Notes: generated from the sequence alone by a model not told the origin. 35,307 nucleotides of DNA from Gammaproteobacteria bacterium GWE2_42_36 (GCA_001801305.1 MGXH01000036.1:1-35307); one strand, 5' to 3'; counted from the first letter of the stretch, positions 17,925-27,427 are shown. Made by a program: numbers and translations.

Positions 17925-19748
17925 TTATTCTGGCATTACATCAATAATCATATTCTCTTTTAGCTCCTGTTCGCTTAAAAATGGTGCTAAGTCTTCTAAT
18001 GGCCGTGAAACAATTTTCCCATTCGGTAACCGTTTTGAAGAAGCTTTTGGCGCAAAAGCCTGATCAATCGTCAACATCACTTCGCAAATCACTGGATCAT
18101 TTCCTGCCATCACTTTCTGAATAACGCCTGGCATTTCCTGATGAGTTTGACAGCGTTCATATCGTATCCGATAAGCCGCCGCTAATTTTTCAAGATCAGG
18201 AAAATCGATCCCCGTTTCGGGATCACACCCTACTAAAGGTTCTCCAAAAAAGTTTATCTGCGTTTGTCGAATAGAGTGATAACCATTATTATTTAAAATG
18301 AAAATCTTCACCGGATAACCATGATAAGGAAGCAACGCTAATTCCTGCAAATTCAATTGAAAACTCCCATCTCCCGTAATACATACGATTTTCTTTTTAT
18401 CGGAAGCCACACAAGCGCCAATGGCGGCGGGTAAATCATACCCCATCGAGGCACATCCCGAGTTGGTGTATAATCGCTGACCATTTTTGATTTGCATCGC
18501 TTGAAATGACATGACGCAAGCGCTGCCGTTACCCGAAACCATCACTTGATTTTCAGGGAGTTGGTCGCCAAGCGCCTCGACAAAACAATACGGGTTAATC
18601 AACTCTTTACGATCCCAATATTCATTTAACACAACGGGATATTTTTTACGCCGCTCGCGGCACCAATCGATCCAATCTGATTTTTCATGGATAGGTTGTT
18701 TTTTGAGTGCTTCAGAAAGTTTCGGCATAAAATTAGATAGATTACTTTGAACCGGTAAATCGATATTTAACGTGGGTTTTTTTAATTCATTCGAATCGAT
18801 ATCGACCATGATTTTATAAGCAGCTCTTGCAAATGTTTGCCAATTATACCCAATTTGACGAATATTTAATCGGCACCCTAAAACCAACAAAAGATCAGCA
18901 TTTTGAACCACCAGATTTCCTGCACGATCACCCACAGTTCCCGGTCGCCCGATATAATACGGGTTCGCATTGGGGACTAAATCATGCGCATTCCAAGCAG
19001 TCACAACGGGGATTTTTAATTGGTCAACGAGTTGTAACAATTCATTCTGCACGCGAGCGGTACGCACGCCGGTCCCCACTAGCAAAACAGGTCTTTGTGC
19101 GTTTTGTAATCGTTCGATAATTTGCGTAAAAATAGTTGGATCCAACGTCGGCAATTTTTCGACTGATGAATCTTCTTCCGGATGATAGGATTCCAAACTC
19201 GTTTCATCGATCATCGCCCCTTGCACATTCAATGGAATATCTAACCACACAGGGCCCGGTCGTCCATTCGTGGCTAAAAAGAATGCTTTTTCTAAATGAT
19301 ATTTAATCGTTTTCGGATCCGTCACCATCACGGCATATTTTGTCATCGGTTCAACTGATCGCACGATATCGTATTCTTGATCGCCCATTTGTCGTAATGA
19401 AGATATGCCAGAACCGCGCACTGTTGTGTCATAACGCACCTGACCTGAAATAACAAACATCGGAATAGAATCGGTCCACGCACCAAATACACCATTGAGC
19501 GCATTCAATCCGCCCGGTCCTGTCGTTACATTGACCAAGGGTAATTGACCCGTTAATCGCGCATAACTTTCCGCCGCGATAGCGCAACTTTGCTCATGAT
19601 GCCAAAAAACCGTTTCTAATCCTGGGGTTTTTCCGAGCGCATCGTTTAAATGCATTGCTCCGCCACCCACCATCAAAAACACATGTTTGATGCCTTTTGA
19701 TACTGCCCAATTGGCGATGTAATTACTTAATCGAATCATTTTTTTCAT
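17925..19748 (-). CDS. Thiamine diphosphate-dependent carboligase (acetolactate synthase/YerE-like)
   Basis: HHEQ catalytic Glu, TTGPG, GRPGPVWLDIP, SMGY, GDGSFQLNLQEL...NNNGY ThDP motif; located in a CDP-dideoxysugar operon, with no ilvH/ilvC nearby. Confidence 0.9.
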   Translation of the reverse strand: MKKMIRLSNYIANWAVSKGIKHVFLMVGGGAMHLNDALGKTPGLETVFWHHEQSCAIAAESYARLTGQLPLVNVTTGPGGLNALNGVFGAWTDSIPMFVISGQVRYDTTVRGSGISSLRQMGDQEYDIVRSVEPMTKYAVMVTDPKTIKYHLEKAFFLATNGRPGPVWLDIPLNVQGAMIDETSLESYHPEEDSSVEKLPTLDPTIFTQIIERLQNAQRPVLLVGTGVRTARVQNELLQLVDQLKIPVVTAWNAHDLVPNANPYYIGRPGTVGDRAGNLVVQNADLLLVLGCRLNIRQIGYNWQTFARAAYKIMVDIDSNELKKPTLNIDLPVQSNLSNFMPKLSEALKKQPIHEKSDWIDWCRERRKKYPVVLNEYWDRKELINPYCFVEALGDQLPENQVMVSGNGSACVMSFQAMQIKNGQRLYTNSGCASMGYDLPAAIGACVASDKKKIVCITGDGSFQLNLQELALLPYHGYPVKIFILNNNGYHSIRQTQINFFGEPLVGCDPETGIDFPDLEKLAAAYRIRYERCQTHQEMPGVIQKVMAGNDPVICEVMLTIDQAFAPKASSKRLPNGKIVSRPLEDLAPFLSEQELKENMIIDVMPE

Positions 19749-20800
19749 CCTCTATTATTATGCCATTCTTTCGTTTTTTGGATAGCCTCAACTAAACTCA
19801 CACGTTGTTGCAACCCTAATTCTTTTCTTGCTCGTTCGATCGAGGGAACATAGCGTTCTGCTGGTTTCCCTAAAATCGGTTTTTTTGAGATTTCAACTCT
19901 GACACTTGGCTCAAACGCACTCGCCACCACATGCGCTAACTGTGTAATAGAAATCGCTCGATCAGAGCCCACATTGTAAGGTCGTTTATTTTCCCCTCGA
20001 AATAAAATCGTCCACAACCAAATCATCAAATCCGCTGCATACAAATACGAACGGTAAGACGTACCATCCCCCTGAATATGAATAGGTTCCTGATGCAAGC
20101 CCGCTAAAAGAAAATTACCAATTGCAAAATGCGTATCCAAGGGCAAATAGGGCCCTACAAATGCAAAACAACGTGCTATTTTGACTTCTAATGAACTGGT
20201 ATTAGCCACATGAATACAAAGATCTTCCGCCATTTTTTTAGCTGCGCCATAAGGCGCTTTTTCGCCCATACTCTTTGGGTCGCCTTCATATAACTCACTT
20301 AAAAAATTGACATTGGCGGGTTGCGCTCCATACACAGCTCCCGAACTTGTAAATAGCAATTTTTTTGCGCCACAATATCTAGCAAAATCGAGCACGTGTC
20401 TGGTCCCTGACGTAATCGTATCAAACATCACTTCAGGATGTTCTCGATTCAATTGCGCACTGGCTTCCGTCGCTGCATGGATAATGTATGAAAACGCACC
20501 GGCCGGAAAAGTAAAATATCTCACATCACCGAGATGAAAGCGAAGCGCGGGATCGTTCGCTAAATGGGGGGATTTTTTTTTAAAGGCTTCCGCATCGCGC
20601 GTTAATATACAAACAGAACAATTTAAATGGAATTTTTGATTAGCCCACAATAAACTTTCTAAAAACCAACACCCAAAAAAACCTGTTCCACCCGTTATAA
20701 AAATCGATTGATTTTTTAATTCACCCCAATAAGGCTGGGTGTGATCCAAAATAAAATTCAAATCTGACGCTAACGGATTAAGTTTTTTCATAGCATCCAC
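19745..20800 (-). CDS. NAD-dependent nucleotide-sugar epimerase/dehydratase/reductase (extended SDR)
   Basis: ITGGTGFFG, IIHAA, TSSGAVYG, YGAAK (YxxxK), RCFAFVGP, GDGTSYRSYLY. Confidence 0.85.
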   Translation of the reverse strand: MDAMKKLNPLASDLNFILDHTQPYWGELKNQSIFITGGTGFFGCWFLESLLWANQKFHLNCSVCILTRDAEAFKKKSPHLANDPALRFHLGDVRYFTFPAGAFSYIIHAATEASAQLNREHPEVMFDTITSGTRHVLDFARYCGAKKLLFTSSGAVYGAQPANVNFLSELYEGDPKSMGEKAPYGAAKKMAEDLCIHVANTSSLEVKIARCFAFVGPYLPLDTHFAIGNFLLAGLHQEPIHIQGDGTSYRSYLYAADLMIWLWTILFRGENKRPYNVGSDRAISITQLAHVVASAFEPSVRVEISKKPILGKPAERYVPSIERARKELGLQQRVSLVEAIQKTKEWHNNRG

Positions 20801-20808
20801 TATCCCTG

Positions 20809-22146
20809 TTATCGAGCAACAAAATCACAAATCATTTTGATCATATAATCTAATTGCTCCGTTGACATGCCGGGGTAAACACCCACCCAAAAAGTGTGGT
20901 GCATAATAAAGTCCGTATGAGTTAAATCGCCCACCATTCGATAGCCCGTATTTTTTCGTCGTAACTCGTCAAAGCAAGGATGTCGCGTTAAATTACCAGC
21001 AAATAACATACGCGTTTGAACCCCATGATTTTCGAGAAAATTCACGATCTCGCTGCGACTAAATCCAGCCGATGGCTTTACACTGAGTAAAAAACCAAAC
21101 CAACTCGGTTCGGTATTCGGCGTTGCCTGTGGCAAAACAAAATATTGAGTTAACGATTTCAGTCCGTCATAGAGATGCTGCCAATTATTTTTTCGTTTTT
21201 CCGTAAACGCCTCTAGTTTTTCCAGTTGTGCGCACCCAATCGCAGCTTGTAAATCCGTCGCTTTTAAATTATAACCAAAATGGGAGTACACATATTTATG
21301 ATCATAACCAACAGGCAATATTCCATGCTGTGTGGCAAACCTGCGTTGGCAAGTATCATCTTTTCCCGAAGGACAAATGCAATCCCTGCCCCAATCACGC
21401 ATCGAGCGAGCAATCGTTTTTAATAACGGGTCGTTCATATAAACCGCGCCACCCTCTCCCATCGTCATATGATGGGGTGGATAAAAACTGCTCGTGCCAA
21501 TATCACCAAAAGTGCCTGTATACCGGCCTTGATAACGTGATCCTAAGGCATCACAATTATCTTCAATTAACCATAATTGATGGCGCTGACAAAATGCTTT
21601 CACTTGCGCTAAATCAAAGGGATTACCCAATGTATGTGCAACCATCACCAGTTTTGTTTTTTCGGATAAGGCTTGTTCAAGCAATTTGCAATCAATGTTA
21701 TAAGTGCCATCTTCAACAACTACATCAACAAAAACAGGAATAGCGCCATATTGAATCATCGGCGCCACTGTGGTTGGAAAACCAGCGGCTACGGTAATCA
21801 CTTCATCGCCTCTTTGAATTTGTCGTTTCCCCAATAACGGAGACGTCAATGTCATAAAGGCCAACAAATTAGCGGATGAACCTGAGTTTACGAGCAATGA
21901 AAAATTCACACCTAATTTTTTCGCTAGGCTTTTTTCAAATTGATCCGTAAAACGGCCTTCGGTTAACCAAAATTCCAGCGCCGCATCAACCAAATTGGTC
22001 ATCTCGTGCTCATCAAATACGCGTCCCGCGTAAGGCACTCGAGATTGCCCGGGCAAAAACTTTTTATGCTTCGGTGAATGCACCAATTCATAATACTGTT
22101 TTACCTGTTCCAAAATAGTTTTTTTTAGTTGTTCTGCTTCGCTCAT
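20809..22146 (-). CDS. rfbH: CDP-4-keto-6-deoxyglucose 3-dehydrase (E1, RfbH/DdhC)
   Basis: NSGSSANL, EDNCDA, SFYPPHHMTMGEGG (His at the aminotransferase Lys position), GRDCICPSGKDDTC (CxCx7C Fe-S motif), YDHKYVYSHFGYN. Confidence 0.92.
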   Translation of the reverse strand: MSEAEQLKKTILEQVKQYYELVHSPKHKKFLPGQSRVPYAGRVFDEHEMTNLVDAALEFWLTEGRFTDQFEKSLAKKLGVNFSLLVNSGSSANLLAFMTLTSPLLGKRQIQRGDEVITVAAGFPTTVAPMIQYGAIPVFVDVVVEDGTYNIDCKLLEQALSEKTKLVMVAHTLGNPFDLAQVKAFCQRHQLWLIEDNCDALGSRYQGRYTGTFGDIGTSSFYPPHHMTMGEGGAVYMNDPLLKTIARSMRDWGRDCICPSGKDDTCQRRFATQHGILPVGYDHKYVYSHFGYNLKATDLQAAIGCAQLEKLEAFTEKRKNNWQHLYDGLKSLTQYFVLPQATPNTEPSWFGFLLSVKPSAGFSRSEIVNFLENHGVQTRMLFAGNLTRHPCFDELRRKNTGYRMVGDLTHTDFIMHHTFWVGVYPGMSTEQLDYMIKMICDFVAR

Positions 22147-22195
22147 ATCACACCTTTTTATTTATTTACAAGTTTCGCGTTTTGCACAACTTGCG

Positions 22196-23284
22196 TTAAT
22201 CAGCCCACCACAATCCTATCGATTTCGCGCTATTCACATAATGATCAATATCTTTCATCGTCATGATTTTTTCACGTTCATAAAAATCACGGTACCACTC
22301 TGTCGTCGCTTGAATAGTTTCTTCGAGCCCCCACACACTTTTCCACTTCAATAAAATATTGGCCTTGGATGCGTCTAATTTAAGCAAATGCGCTTCATGC
22401 AATTGATTGGTCTGTGCGATCACCTCATAAGCTAATTGCGGCCAATAAGATTGCATGAGGTGCACAATTGCCTGCACCGGCACTTCGCCACTCGACGAAG
22501 GTGCGAAATTCCAGCCTTCTGCAAATTGCTTATCCCCTTGCAATAATTTAACGCCTAAACATAAATAACCGCTCAAACATTCCAATACATGCTGCCAGGG
22601 TCTTGTTGCATGCGGACATCGAATTGGCACGGTTTCTCGCTTCACCGTCGCCCGAACAATATCCGGAATTAATCGATCTTTGGCCCAATCTCCTCCGCCA
22701 ATCACATTACCGGCTCTTGCACTCGCCACTAAAACATGGTGTGTTCGCCCATATTGATCTAAATTAAAATAGGCGTTTCGAAAGCTGGCCGTCACTAATT
22801 CAGAACAGCCTTTCGACACGCTATAAGGATCATACCCACCCATCGGATCATTTTCTCGATAGCCCCAAACCCACTCTTTATTTTCGTAACACTTATCCGA
22901 TGTAACAACGACAATCGATCGAATACTGTCGACCTGTCGACACGCTTGTAATAAATTGGCCGTTCCCATGATATTAGTTTCGAGGGTATATAAAGGATCC
23001 AAATAAGAATCACGAACCAACGGTTGTGCGGCTAAATGAAAAACAATTTCCGGCTGCACATCACGTATCACTTTCGCGACTGCATCTTGCGCGCGAATAT
23101 CAACAAAATGGGAATCAATCGGCAATTGAAGCAAATCAAAATGAGACGGTGTTGTATTGGGCTTCAAAGACAAGCCAACGACATTCGCACCGAGCTGAGT
23201 CAGCCAAGCTGCTAACCAGGATCCTTTAAACCCAGTATGCCCTGTGATTAAAACTTTTCGACCGTGATAACTCTTTTCAAACAT
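22196..23284 (-). CDS. rfbG: CDP-glucose 4,6-dehydratase
   Basis: TGHTGFKGSW, HLAAQPLVR, TSDKCYEN, DPYSVSK, RAGNVIGGGDW, RPWQHVLE. Confidence 0.96.
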   Translation of the reverse strand: MFEKSYHGRKVLITGHTGFKGSWLAAWLTQLGANVVGLSLKPNTTPSHFDLLQLPIDSHFVDIRAQDAVAKVIRDVQPEIVFHLAAQPLVRDSYLDPLYTLETNIMGTANLLQACRQVDSIRSIVVVTSDKCYENKEWVWGYRENDPMGGYDPYSVSKGCSELVTASFRNAYFNLDQYGRTHHVLVASARAGNVIGGGDWAKDRLIPDIVRATVKRETVPIRCPHATRPWQHVLECLSGYLCLGVKLLQGDKQFAEGWNFAPSSSGEVPVQAIVHLMQSYWPQLAYEVIAQTNQLHEAHLLKLDASKANILLKWKSVWGLEETIQATTEWYRDFYEREKIMTMKDIDHYVNSAKSIGLWWAD

Positions 23285-23290
23285 AATAAA

Positions 23291-24064
23291 TTATTCCCAT
23301 ACTTTCCAAGGCGCTTTGCCCGAGGCCCATAAACTTTCCAATAATTGTTTTTCTCGCAACGTATCCATCGGCTGCCAAAACCCGTCATGAAAATAAACGC
23401 TCATCTGTCCATCTTTTGCTAAATTTCGCATCGGCTCTTGTTCCCATAGAGTCGCATCACCCGCGATATAGTCGATAACTTTCGGAGAAAGTACAAAAAA
23501 TCCGCCATTAATCCATCCACCATCGCCATGCGGTTTTTCAACAAAATTCGTTAGCTGATTGCCGGTAAATTCTAAAGCGCCAAACCGTCCCGGTGGCTGC
23601 ATCGCTGTCACGGTCGCCAGACGATTTTCTTTTTGATGCAATGCAATAACCGCGGCAATATCAACATTACCCACGCCATCGCCATAAGTGAGACAAAATG
23701 ATTCATCGTTTTCAATATAAGGTTTTACTCGCTTTAAGCGTCCGCCGGTCATCGTGTTATCACCTGTATCGACTAACGTCACTTTCCAAGGTTCTGCGGA
23801 TTGGTGATGTATCTGCATGGAATTATTACGCATATCAAACGTGACATCTGCCATATGCAAAAAGTAATTCGCGAAATACTCTTTGATCACATATCCTTTA
23901 TACCCAAGGCAAATCACAAATTCAGTCACCCCATAAGTCGAATAAATTTTCATGACGTGCCATAAAATCGGCTTGCCGCCAATTTCAACCATGGGCTTGG
24001 GTTTAAGCTCTGTTTCTTCCGATAAACGAGAACCTAATCCACCCGCTAAAATCACTGCTTTCAT
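23291..24064 (-). CDS. rfbF: Glucose-1-phosphate cytidylyltransferase
   Basis: [67 protein letters not shown]. Confidence 0.97.
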   Translation of the reverse strand: MKAVILAGGLGSRLSEETELKPKPMVEIGGKPILWHVMKIYSTYGVTEFVICLGYKGYVIKEYFANYFLHMADVTFDMRNNSMQIHHQSAEPWKVTLVDTGDNTMTGGRLKRVKPYIENDESFCLTYGDGVGNVDIAAVIALHQKENRLATVTAMQPPGRFGALEFTGNQLTNFVEKPHGDGGWINGGFFVLSPKVIDYIAGDATLWEQEPMRNLAKDGQMSVYFHDGFWQPMDTLREKQLLESLWASGKAPWKVWE

Positions 24065-24132
24065 TTTTCCTCCTACTGTACACGCGTTCGCGCTTTGTTA
24101 AATTATGCGACAGATCACACTATTATTCCTAT

Positions 24133-24207
24133 GTCATTGCGAGGCGCAGTCGAAGCAATCCAGCATCAGAACTGGATTGCTTCGACGCTCACGCTCCTCG
24201 CAATGAC
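24133..24207. repeat. Nested palindromic (REP/RPE-like, CGTC-type) element
   Basis: Outer stem GTCATTGCGAGG (24133-24144)/CCTCGCAATGAC (24196-24207); inner 15-bp perfect stem GTCGAAGCAATCCAG (24149-24163)/CTGGATTGCTTCGAC (24172-24186). Confidence 0.8.
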
Positions 24208-24257
24208 GACGTAAAAACGCCTCATAAAGTACGAAACTCGTACTGTCTACCTTCGTC

Positions 24258-24320
24258 GTAACTGCTCAGCGCGCTCGAAGGAACGTTCTTGTATCATCAC
24301 GATCCCAGCTGGGGAGTTAC
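24258..24320 (-). mobile_element. MITE-like element, 63 bp, inverted orientation
   Basis: Ends GTAACTGCTCAG/CTGGGGAGTTAC (10 of 12 inverted match); reverse complement contains the shared core gatcgtgatgatacaagaacgttc and gagcgcgctgag. No target-site duplication seen. Confidence 0.65.
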
Positions 24321-24330
24321 CCCAAAAATC

Positions 24331-25356
24331 TCATTCGTGAGCAATATATCTCGCTAAATAAAATTGTAGCGTCGACGCTAACCCCATATTCAAATCGTAC
24401 TTGGGCATCCAATTCAATTGTGATTTGATTTTGGTATTATCAATCGCGTATCGAAAATCATGCCCAGCACGATCCTTCACAAACGAAATTAATGTTTCAT
24501 GTTTTTGCCCAATAGGCCGTAACGCATCCATCAGGGTACAAATTGCTTTAATAAGCGATAAATTATCTCGCTCACATTGCCCACCAATATTATAGGTTTC
24601 ACCTACTTGCCCTCGATTTAAAATAGTATAAATCGCCTCACAATGATCTTCAACATACAGCCAATCCCGCACATTTTGTCCATTGCCATAAACAGGAATC
24701 GATTGCTGATGAACACAAGCGCGAATGACCGTCGGAATGAGTTTTTCGTCATGCTGATAAGGACCATAATTATTCGAACAATTAGACAGCGTGATCGGCA
24801 AGCCATAAGTATGATGATAAGCCCGCACGAAATGATCGGAGGACGCTTTTGATGCGGAATAAGGAGAGCTTGGATGATAAGGCGTTGTTTCTGTAAAAGC
24901 AGGATCATGCAAGTCTAATTGACCATACACTTCATCCGTTGAAATATGGTGAAATCGACAATGCTCCGCATTGAATTTTTTTTCTTCTAACCAATATTGT
25001 TTCGCGGCATCTAACAAAGTGCATGTACCTAGTACGTTGGTTTCGACAAATACTGAAGGCCCGGTAATAGAACGATCGACATGACTTTCTGCTGCAAAAT
25101 GAACAATTGTATCAATTGCATGATCACGCAGAAGCTGAAGCACGAGCGAGCGATCCAGAATATCCCCTTGCACGAAAATATGTCGGCTATCCTGAGGTAA
25201 ATTTTCCTGGTTCCCCGCATACGTTAATTTATCTAAGCTCACGATATTAACCGATGGATCTTGTGTTAAAATATAACGGACGAAATTACAACCAATAAAC
25301 CCCGCTGAACCAGTAATCAATATGTTTTTAGGTCGATACATGCTCATATTCCTCAC
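24331..25356 (-). CDS. rmlB: dTDP-glucose 4,6-dehydratase
   Basis: [67 protein letters not shown]. True start may be ATG 25347. Confidence 0.96.
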   Translation of the reverse strand: MRNMSMYRPKNILITGSAGFIGCNFVRYILTQDPSVNIVSLDKLTYAGNQENLPQDSRHIFVQGDILDRSLVLQLLRDHAIDTIVHFAAESHVDRSITGPSVFVETNVLGTCTLLDAAKQYWLEEKKFNAEHCRFHHISTDEVYGQLDLHDPAFTETTPYHPSSPYSASKASSDHFVRAYHHTYGLPITLSNCSNNYGPYQHDEKLIPTVIRACVHQQSIPVYGNGQNVRDWLYVEDHCEAIYTILNRGQVGETYNIGGQCERDNLSLIKAICTLMDALRPIGQKHETLISFVKDRAGHDFRYAIDNTKIKSQLNWMPKYDLNMGLASTLQFYLARYIAHE

Positions 25357-26225
25357 ATAGATTCTTCTAATAATTTCAACAAATATTGCCCGTACTCATT
25401 TTTCTTTAATGGCTCAGCCAAACGTTGTAATTGTTCATCCGTAATATATTTCATTCGCCAAGCAATTTCTTCAGGTGCCGCAATTTTCAATCCTTGTCGA
25501 TCTTCCAATACGGCAAAATAATGAGAAGCTTCTAATAGGGCATGATGCGTACCCGTATCCAACCAAGCAAACCCGCGATGCAGCTTCACCAAGTCCAGCT
25601 GATTTTTTTGAATATATAAATTATTTAAATCGGTGATTTCTAATTCTCCGCGCGCAGAAGGCTTTAAAGATTTAGCAAAATCAACAACCTGATTGTCGTA
25701 AAAATATAATCCTGTCACCGCATAATGAGATTTAGGTGTTTTTGGCTTTTCTTCAATGGCGGTCACTTTATTGTGCTCATCAAAAACAGCCACGCCATAT
25801 CGCTCCGGATCATTGACATAATAGCCAAAAACCGTGGCGCCTTGTTTTTTCAAAGCGATTTTTTGGAGTTGCTGACTAAAACCTTCTCCATGAAAAATAT
25901 TATCGCCTAAAATCAAGCACACCGAATCATTGCCAATAAATGATTCGCCAATAATAAACGCTTGCGAAATACCTGCGGGTTTTTCTTGTTCGGCATAACT
26001 AAACTGTAATCCCCACGCTGACCCATCTTGCAATAATTCCTTAAAGCGTGGCAAATCGCGAGGAGTGGATATAATTAAAATATCTCGAATACCGGCCAGC
26101 ATTAATACCGAAAGTGGATAGTAGATCATCGGTTTATCGTAAATGGGTAGTAATTGCTTACTGGTACATAACGTGGCGGGATGCAATCGTGTGCCCGCGC
26201 CGCCTGCTAAAATAATACCCTTCAT
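25353..26225 (-). CDS. rmlA: Glucose-1-phosphate thymidylyltransferase
   Basis: [61 protein letters not shown] track start 26237; MKG start at 26225 preferred. Confidence 0.97.
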   Translation of the reverse strand: MKGIILAGGAGTRLHPATLCTSKQLLPIYDKPMIYYPLSVLMLAGIRDILIISTPRDLPRFKELLQDGSAWGLQFSYAEQEKPAGISQAFIIGESFIGNDSVCLILGDNIFHGEGFSQQLQKIALKKQGATVFGYYVNDPERYGVAVFDEHNKVTAIEEKPKTPKSHYAVTGLYFYDNQVVDFAKSLKPSARGELEITDLNNLYIQKNQLDLVKLHRGFAWLDTGTHHALLEASHYFAVLEDRQGLKIAAPEEIAWRMKYITDEQLQRLAEPLKKNEYGQYLLKLLEESM

Positions 26226-26311
26226 AAAAAATCCCATCTGTTAGTCTAAGAAAGTTTCATGCCAGTTTAACAAATCTTACATCCTAAACAATACTATTTG
26301 ATCGCTACTTT

Positions 26312-26361
26312 GTAACTATTCACCGAGATCTTGATGATACAAGAGCGCGCTCAATAGTTAT
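26312..26361 (+). mobile_element. MITE-like element, 50 bp, with 8-bp target-site duplication
   Basis: Ends GTAACTATTCA/TCAATAGTTAT; flanked by GCTACTTT at 26304-26311 and 26362-26369; core tgatgatacaagagcgcgct shared with other copies. Confidence 0.75.
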
Positions 26362-26368
26362 GCTACTT

Positions 26369-27415
26369 TTATGATTCCACGAACCGTTTTATGTTTTGCG
26401 CATGCGCTTTATCTGCGACCAAAACCGCCGTTTCCGTCTCAATCACGATCAAGTCATTCACCCCAACTACCGCGAGCAATCGATGCTCAGCACGCAAATA
26501 GCAATTAGTCGTCTGATCAACCACCACATTGCCTCGAAGCACATTGCCTTCTTGATCTTTTGGACTCATATCAAACAAGGCTTGCCACGACCCCACATCA
26601 GACCATCCTGCGTCCATCGGTACAACCATCGCATCCGTTGTTTTTTCCATCACGGCATAATCAATCGATATTGAGGGACTGCTTTCAAAAGCTTTTGGCT
26701 CGAGTCGAAGAAAATCTGCATCTTCTTGTCGCTGTTGGAAGGCTTTTAAACAAGCGGAAAAAATAGCCGGTTCATACGCTTTGATTTCTGTTAAAAATCG
26801 TGAGGCTGAAAATACAAACATCCCGCTATTCCAGTAGTAATCCCCTTGTGCAACATATTGCTTGGCTGTTTCAATATCGGGTTTTTCGACAAATCGACTG
26901 ACAGGATAGATGGAGTCGCCTACCTCTGCGGCGCCTCTTTGAATATAACCAAAGCCCGTCTCAGCATGCGTCGGCACGATACCGAGCGTAATTAATTTAT
27001 CATGGCTCGCCTGTCGGCGCGCCACTTCAAGCGCTTGATAAAAATTTTCTAACCGGCCAATCACATGATCCGACGGCATCACACAGAGCAAAGCCTCTTT
27101 GAATCTTTCCTGAGCGAATAAAGCAGCAATAGTAATTGCCGGCGCCGTATTCCGACCCATCGGTTCGATGATAATTGCTGAGGGCTTAACACCCATTTCT
27201 TGAAGTTGTTCCGCCACCAAAAAACGGTGTTGATGATTACAGATAACGAGCGGTGGCAAAACGTCGGTAAAAGCCTTTGTTCTTTGAACCGTCTCCTGCA
27301 ACAAACTTTTATCACTGATCAGCGATAAAAACTGTTTCGGTTTTTCTGCTCGAGAAAGCGGCCACAATCGTGTGCCACTTCCTCCTGCTAAAATGACTGG
27401 AAGTAAAACAGCCAT
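26369..27415 (-). CDS. manC: Mannose-1-phosphate guanylyltransferase, lacking the C-terminal cupin/PMI domain
   Basis: ILAGGSGTRLWPLSR..PKQFL, EPMGRNTAPA, PSDH, ETGFGYI, FVEKP, WNSGMF, SIDYAVME, WSDVGSW; ends at 348 aa. Confidence 0.92.
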   Translation of the reverse strand: MAVLLPVILAGGSGTRLWPLSRAEKPKQFLSLISDKSLLQETVQRTKAFTDVLPPLVICNHQHRFLVAEQLQEMGVKPSAIIIEPMGRNTAPAITIAALFAQERFKEALLCVMPSDHVIGRLENFYQALEVARRQASHDKLITLGIVPTHAETGFGYIQRGAAEVGDSIYPVSRFVEKPDIETAKQYVAQGDYYWNSGMFVFSASRFLTEIKAYEPAIFSACLKAFQQRQEDADFLRLEPKAFESSPSISIDYAVMEKTTDAMVVPMDAGWSDVGSWQALFDMSPKDQEGNVLRGNVVVDQTTNCYLRAEHRLLAVVGVNDLIVIETETAVLVADKAHAQNIKRFVES

Positions 27416-27427
27416 ACAACCTCTCTA

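Noticed and set aside
16082-19748. Housekeeping aroB and ilvB/ilvI calls
   Set aside because: No aroK, ilvH or ilvC neighbours, and both genes are tightly embedded in a CDP-sugar operon, so symbols were withheld.
7003-24330. Integrative island or prophage with att sites at tRNA-Phe carrying the gtr genes
   Set aside because: No integrase or phage gene, and I found no second copy of the tRNA 3' end by eye; only AT-richness and position support foreign origin.
24121-24330. CRISPR array, riboswitch or JUMPStart/ops element in the structured spacer upstream of rfbF
   Set aside because: No regularly spaced direct repeats, no cas genes and no GGCGGTAG match; the structure is explained by a REP-like palindrome plus a MITE copy.
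26304-26371. MITE insertion as the cause of ManC truncation
   Set aside because: The TAA stop lies at the outer edge of the target duplication and the sequence beyond the element shows no cupin-like coding remnant.
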